Source: Candidatus Scalindua sp. (GTDB taxonomy: Bacteria > Planctomycetota > Brocadiia > Brocadiales > Scalinduaceae). Taken from it: a DNA stretch of 32,000 bases. The DNA lies in contig JALDRA010000001.1 in the NCBI GenBank assembly GCA_031316235.1, positions 4,110,001 to 4,142,000 of the forward strand, read 5' to 3'. A program made the translations under genes and the position numbers. Shown here one piece after another: positions 27,207 through 32,000 of the stretch. The number at the start of each line of letters is the position of its first letter. Positions within the stretch are counted from its first letter, which is position 1. The notes under the pieces were generated by a model. It saw only the letters and a program-made list of their open reading frames with translations, ran no database searches and was not told the origin of the DNA.

Positions 27207-27896
27207 ATGGAACAGGTGAAGATTGATTTAAAGAAAGAACAACAGTCATCCTTGGCTCGGACGAGGTATAAATATTCATTGGCGGCGAAATGTTTTTTTA
27301 TGACGATGGATTGGATTACAGGGAAAAAAGTGACCCTGGCCAAAACGAAGCTCATTGAAATTCTGGCAAGCATTCCTTACCGGGCCTGGGAAGTCCGTCA
27401 ATATGGGCGGTTGACGCGCCTCTTTCGAAAAAAAGAAGTTGTGGAAGAAGCCCTGAGAATTATGAAATGGGGGCGAGAAGCTCAGGACAATGAATATTGG
27501 CATTTGCGTGTTATTCATGAAAAAATGAAAGAAGACGGCATTAAAGAACCGTGGTATTTCTTTCCATTGATCCCCTTCATGATGGTCATTTCCTATGTGT
27601 TGATTACGCGATTCATGGCGTTGGTAAATATCCGCCGAGCATTTCTTTTTAACGCGGAGTTTGAAGACCATGCCGAACATGTTTATGCTCAGTTTGTCGC
27701 AGAGAATCCTCAATGGGAGGGGCAGCCTGTTCATAATGAGCTGGTTAAACAATATGGGGATCTTAACAATTGGGCGGATGTGTTCCGGCGCATCGGTTTG
27801 GATGAACGTGATCACAGGAATGATAGTTTCGTTTTTTGCGGCAAACGCGAGTGTGTTGTCAAGTACGATGGAATGCCTGTTAGAGTAGAGAGCTAG
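27207..27896 (+). CDS. Alternative oxidase (AOX/PTOX)-like membrane di-iron carboxylate protein
   Basis: The four AOX-type iron-ligand motifs occur in order: IEILASIPY (LET.A..PG-like), NEYWHL (NERMHL-like), AEFEDHAEHVY (LEEEA..H.Y-like), DERDHRN (RADE..H-like). The ATG at 27207 has AAGGA 8-9 nt upstream. The track ORF start at 26856 sits inside the promoter and is unlikely; ATG at 27084 is an alternative. Confidence 0.7.
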   Translation: MEQVKIDLKKEQQSSLARTRYKYSLAAKCFFMTMDWITGKKVTLAKTKLIEILASIPYRAWEVRQYGRLTRLFRKKEVVEEALRIMKWGREAQDNEYWHLRVIHEKMKEDGIKEPWYFFPLIPFMMVISYVLITRFMALVNIRRAFLFNAEFEDHAEHVYAQFVAENPQWEGQPVHNELVKQYGDLNNWADVFRRIGLDERDHRNDSFVFCGKRECVVKYDGMPVRVES

Positions 27897-28012
27897 GAGA
27901 GGTATATAGACTTTTTGCCAAATCCATACGACAGTACTGCTATTTATATTCAAACCCTCATCCACTTTATTATCAAAGCAGATCAATTTAAGGCTTAATT
28001 TTCAAAAAACAT

Positions 28013-28041
28013 TTGACTTTAGTTAACTGTTTTACTACATT
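28013..28041 (+). promoter_or_regulatory. Putative sigma-70 promoter TTGACT-17-TACATT, similar in its upstream context to the one at 26856
   Basis: caaaaaacatTTGACTttagttaactgttttacTACATT. It fires toward the IS630 insertion site 46 nt downstream. Prediction only. Confidence 0.35.
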
Positions 28042-28096
28042 TTTTAAATCTCAAACAAGCAATTTCCTATCTTCCATCTATATTGCTAGTGTCACG

Positions 28097-28720
28097 TCAA
28101 TCATCAAGTGTCGGGTAAAGTTTAGATAATCTTATCCTGGCATCAATCGTAGTAAACTGCCAGTTAGCCTTTGATTTCTTATTGTTTCTAAATTTCTGCC
28201 ATGACTGTACTTCTTTTTTTATCTTTGTAATATTATCAATCCGCCTGTTTAAACACTGTCCAGCAAGTACATTCAACTCGATTTCTGCCATATTTAACCA
28301 GCTACCATGCTTTGGGGTGTAGACAAACTCAAATTTATCTAAAATTTCCTTTGCTTTATCCGGCACAAACGTTTCATACAACGATCCAGCATCATGAGTA
28401 TTCAAGTTGTCCATTACTAATGTTATTTTGTTCGCATGACCATATGTATTAACAACGTCTTCCAGAAAATAGGACCAATCTTGTTTAGTTCTTCTTTCTG
28501 TTATTTTTACTATACGTTTCCCGGCCAATGGTTCAAAGGCCAGAAAAATATTACACACTCCACAACGCTTATATTCATAGTCATACTTAGCCGGTTGCCC
28601 TGGTGAAGCAGAAATTGGCATCTTTGTCTCTGATATAAGTTGCTTTGGTGACTCGTCCATACATATTACTGGATACTTAGCGTCATATGGACGTTTGTAT
28701 ACATCCAGCACCATTTCCAT
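28097..28720 (-). CDS. IS630-family transposase, DDE catalytic part (orfB; really begins in the -1 frame at the A8 run)
   Basis: DESPKQL, VMDNLNTH, TPKHGSWLNMAEIE (DDE/D triad context). The -1 frame upstream reads IKKNEIKPWQRKGWVIPPKENGSFVANMEMV, continuous with orfA. Confidence 0.85.
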   Translation of the reverse strand: MEMVLDVYKRPYDAKYPVICMDESPKQLISETKMPISASPGQPAKYDYEYKRCGVCNIFLAFEPLAGKRIVKITERRTKQDWSYFLEDVVNTYGHANKITLVMDNLNTHDAGSLYETFVPDKAKEILDKFEFVYTPKHGSWLNMAEIELNVLAGQCLNRRIDNITKIKKEVQSWQKFRNNKKSKANWQFTTIDARIRLSKLYPTLDD

Positions 28721-28755
28721 GTTAGCGACAAAACTGCCGTTTTCTTTTGGCGGTA

Positions 28756-29229
28756 TTACCCAACCTTTTCGTTGCCAGGGCTTAATTTCGTTTTTTTTAA
28801 TATACGGCGTATTGTTTCGTGGGAAATTTTGTCAGTATATTCAAGTTCTACTACCTTGTCTGCTAATAATCGCAGAGACCATCTTGCAAAACCTTCTGGC
28901 GGCTCGCTACAACTTAACGCTACCAGGTGGGCTTCAAAGTCACCATCTGTCTTCTTTTCATATACTCGATTGCCTTTGCGTCCATTAAGCGCAACTTCAA
29001 AACCTTCTTCAACAAATCTTTTCTTTACCCGGTCAATTTTCTTCATGCTTATTTTAAGAACACGGGCAATTTCAACGTTGGTCGAACGTTTGCCCTGATA
29101 CTCACCCTGGTCGCAAGCTAATAATAGTAATGCATTGAGTATCTTTTGGGATCTATGCATCCCTTTAGACGTTAAAGCAACAAGCCTGTTACGTTCATCG
29201 CAATCAAGAGTTACTATGTATTTCTTCAT
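28756..29229 (-). CDS. IS630-family transposase, N-terminal HTH part (orfA)
   Basis: 157 aa of helix-turn-helix type sequence. It ends just after the A8 slippery run (28791-28798 on the plus strand as T8). Confidence 0.85.
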   Translation of the reverse strand: MKKYIVTLDCDERNRLVALTSKGMHRSQKILNALLLLACDQGEYQGKRSTNVEIARVLKISMKKIDRVKKRFVEEGFEVALNGRKGNRVYEKKTDGDFEAHLVALSCSEPPEGFARWSLRLLADKVVELEYTDKISHETIRRILKKTKLSPGNEKVG

Positions 29230-29403
29230 AATCTAAATCTCCCGAAAAAAATTTAATTATGAAGATATTATAATCTATTATATACGACATTACAAGCTTG
29301 ACGTGACACTAGTCGACACTACGGATAAAAATTATTGGCAATGGAATATATAAACCAGGTCTCGTTTTGGCCTTTCATCATCTATGTCGCTGCCGTTTTC
29401 TTA

Positions 29404-31159
29404 TTAGCCCGGATTTCTCACCGATATCTTGCAATAGCCATTAATATATGGTATAAACCATATATTAACAAAGAGTTACAACAACACAAAGGAGGCTGTG
29501 GATGCAAACAGAGTGTATACAGACAACATTTAATTTTGAGGAACTGGGAAATCGTCAAGTAGTCGCGCGATTCAATGGTGGAACAATTTCCACAGGTGCC
29601 AGGGGACTACTTTTGAGGGAAGTTGAACACGGTCGAGGTATTTTGAAACAGTTTTCACGATGCTTCATAGATTATCGTGATCAGGATGAAATTGAACACA
29701 CCGTTGAAGAACTGATTTCTCAACGAGTATATGGGATAGCATTAGGATACGAAGATTTAAATGATCATGACAGTTTGCGGGCTGATCGTTTGCGGGCAAT
29801 ATTATGTGGGAAGGAAGACCCAAGTGGCCAGGATCGACGCTGTGCAAGAGACAAGGGGAAAGCATTAGCAGGTTAGAGTACTTTGAACAGACTGGAATTA
29901 ACGCCTCCTGATGCTACGAGGAAAGACCGTTATAAAAAGATAGTGTATTGTAGAGAAAAGGTTGAAGAATATTTTGTAGACATTTTTTTGCGTTCCAGAG
30001 AAGAGATACCAGATCAAATAATACTGGACCTGGATGCGACAGACAATCCCCTTTATGGTAACCAGGAAAATCGTTTCTTTCATGGATATTATGACAGTTA
30101 CTGTTATCTGCCCTTGTACATTTTTTGTGGAAGCCAGTTGCTGTGTGCAAAGCTGAGGCCTTCGGATATTGATTGTAGTGAAGGTTCTAAAGAAGAAGTA
30201 GAAAGAATTGTCAAACATATCCGTAAACAGTGGCCAGATGTGAGAATTATTCTACGGGGTGATTCTGGCTTTGCGAGAGAAGAATTGATGAAGTGGTGTG
30301 AGGCGAACGGTGTTGACTATCTATTTGGTTTAGCAAAGAATTCGCGCCTCATAAAGATGATCGAAGGAGAACAGGAAGAAGCCCGGAAAGAATATGATCG
30401 GACAGAGCAGGCGTCTCGTGTGTATAAAGACTTTGTATACAGGACCCTGAAAAGTTGGTCAAGAGAAAGACGGGTTGTTGGCAAGGCGGAATATTTGAGG
30501 AGGGGTCCCAATCCACGTTTTGTGGTAACTTCACTAAAGCGTGAGAAAATCGATGCCAGGGTTCTTTATGAGAAAGAGTATTGTGCACGAGGGGAAATGG
30601 AAAATCGTATTAAAGAGCAGCAGTTGTATTTGTTTGCCGATAGAACGAGTACCGAGACAATGAGGGCAAACCAACTGAGGCTATGGTTTTCATCGGTTGC
30701 CTATGTTTTGTTAGATGAGCTCCGACGAATTGGTTTGCGTTCAACAGACTTTGCAAAGGCGCAATGCCACACGATACGTAACAAACTGTTTAAGATAGGA
30801 GCTCAAATTCAAATCAGTGTTAGACGGATTTGTGTTTCCTTAGCCGACGGTTACCCCTATCAGAAGATTTTCCGGCAAGCTTACGAAAACTTGCGTATGG
30901 CATACTCGTTGTCATAAGGTGCATAAACATAATTTGGAAGATCCTGAATGTGAAAAATTACGATAAAAATGATAATTACGGGAGGCGTACGCCCAGAGCT
31001 CTATGATTAAACGTTATATTCTCATTTTTTCTTTTATGAATAGGATAAAAGTTTGAACTTTTTGTACAAAATAAATATTAACATGAAATTTTAAATAAAA
31101 TGTGTGGGTTTTAATGAATTTTTCCGGTTTTCAGTCAACCGGTGAGAAATGGGGGCTAA
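29404..31159 (+). mobile_element. IS1380-family insertion sequence (about 1.76 kb)
   Basis: 20-bp terminal inverted repeats TTAGCCCGGATTTCTCACCG (29404-29423) and the reverse complement of 31140-31159, TTAGCCCCCATTTCTCACCG (18 of 20 match). They enclose the transposase gene. No flanking direct repeat seen. Confidence 0.8.
29502..30917 (+). pseudogene. IS1380-family transposase with an in-frame TAG at 29874-29876
   Basis: ORFs 29502..29876 and 29883..30917 are in the same frame. The junction reads KALAG*STLNRLELTP. DDE context: LDLDATDNPLYG, RGDSGFA. Strong SD (AAAGGAGG) 6 nt before the ATG. Confidence 0.8.
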
Positions 31160-31984
31160 CACATCTTTTCCGCGCTTCTTGTGAGGGAAGAAATACGTCC
31201 ACAAATCATTTGACGCACTATGCAACCAGTGCCTGTCACCATTGATATTAATACCGGTTTCATCAGCATGCAAAAAATCTGCATTGACCAATCTCACTTT
31301 TACCTTTTCATCAAAGATCCCTGATAAATCCGCTTCCTGATTAAAGTTGAAAAGAGAGCCTATGCTTACAGGTATCTGCAGTTGCTCACGGAAGTAGTCT
31401 TCTATTCTGTTGTAAGGGATCAGTTGAAACTGCGACATATAGACAGAATGTGCTTTTAAACTTGTTCCATACTGTACTGCTTTTTCTACACCTTTGGGGA
31501 AAGGAGCAACAAATCTTTTACCCTGACTATCCTCAAGTACCTGCGCCCTGTACTCTGTTACAACCCGTGAAATATCAATATCGAATACCTGCCGTGATTC
31601 GTATCCTGCTTCCGTGTATGTGCCTCGTGGAAGGCTACGCCTGTCTAATTTGATAATCTTTGTCTCATCAGGGTTGTCAACTTTTTGAAGCGTTACACCC
31701 ACACGGCCTTTTTGTCCTCCGGCTTTCCTATTCCCCCTCTTCTTAGGATCTTTCCTGCGATTTGGATCACTTGATGGCGGCTTGCTGCTATTACTGCTAT
31801 TTAGGTTTAGACGGTTAACAAGTAAGGATGCGACTAAAGCCAGCAGCTCAATCATTGACCTAACAGCCGGAGACAGATCCTTCTCTTCTTTAAGCAGTAC
31901 CTTTACTTTATTGAGCGTAGCATCTATATCAATGTTGTTTATTGTCACTGGATAGCACCTGAATGTCCGTGGTTCAGAAACCAT
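31160..31984 (-). pseudogene. IS66-family (ISBst12-like) transposase, N-terminal 275 codons only, truncated by the IS1380 insertion
   Basis: Leucine-zipper-like N-terminus followed by the NSSNSSKPPSSD motif, then HADETGININGDRHWLH. After ...HKKRGKDV the reading frame runs into the IS1380 right inverted repeat (tail LAPISHRLTENRK... is IS1380 sequence). Confidence 0.65.
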
Positions 31985-32000
31985 TCGGACAATAATAATA

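Larger units (their letters stand above)
28089..29309 (-). mobile_element. IS630-family insertion sequence (about 1.22 kb), inserted in CTAG with a TA duplication
   Basis: Perfect 12-bp terminal inverted repeats GTGTCACGTCAA (28089-28100) and TTGACGTGACAC (29298-29309). They are flanked by TA (28087-28088 and 29310-29311) within C-TA...TA-G. Confidence 0.88.

Noticed and set aside
28089-29309. The TATACT-repeat as a MITE derived from the resident IS630-family element
   Set aside because: The IS630 terminal repeats (GTGTCACGTCAA) bear no resemblance to the repeat termini (TATACTMA). Only the possible TA flank is shared.
7736-29876. Reassignment of TAG (pyrrolysine-type or an alternative genetic code) as the explanation for the two in-frame amber codons
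   Set aside because: TAG terminates the type III PKS (5577), bioA (10084) and the methyltransferase (1165) at C-termini that look complete. No pyl-type genes or suppressor tRNA are visible in the window.

Overview
This is a 32-kb stretch of a low-GC (about 40% by eye) bacterial chromosome, mixing housekeeping genes with accessory and decayed DNA. No rRNA, tRNA or CRISPR array was recognised. The IS families and gene content would fit a Planctomycetota/anammox-type genome, but that is only a guess.

Layout, left to right:
- A partial ISKra4-like transposase runs off the left edge.
- Next come an orphan Dam-type (D12) methyltransferase and a membrane protein with two cNMP-binding domains. A C10/G10 tract sits at the 5' end of the latter.
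- An AT-rich pair follows: a COQ7-like di-iron protein and a CysH-like PAPS reductase.
- A compact minus-strand operon encodes a B12-binding radical SAM enzyme (split by one in-frame TAG), a type III polyketide synthase and a GXWXG/DUF4334 protein.
- Housekeeping genes: ilvD, bioA, a rhodanese, a TolB-like beta-propeller lipoprotein, radC, and a 1137-aa M1/M28/PDZ peptidase.
- Then a DUF2513 protein and a REC-HDOD response regulator.
- A roughly 4-kb segment is bracketed by 96-bp direct repeats. It carries a thioredoxin-like protein, an ArsP/DUF318-type permease and a visibly GC-rich APH-like/P-loop kinase fusion.
- A multiply frameshifted oxidoreductase/polyferredoxin pseudogene follows, then an alternative-oxidase-like di-iron protein.
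- The right end is an IS pile-up: an IS630-family element in a CTAG site, an IS1380-family element with an in-frame TAG, and an IS66-family transposase truncated by the IS1380 element.

The most unusual signals:
1. A modular, hairpin-rich intergenic repeat of about 140 nt occurs seven times. Every copy is co-oriented with the flanking genes, and its end often lies close to a start codon.
2. The radical SAM / type III PKS / GXWXG operon looks like a small uncharacterised biosynthetic cluster.

All functional calls come from motif recognition in the supplied translations or my own. No database search was possible.
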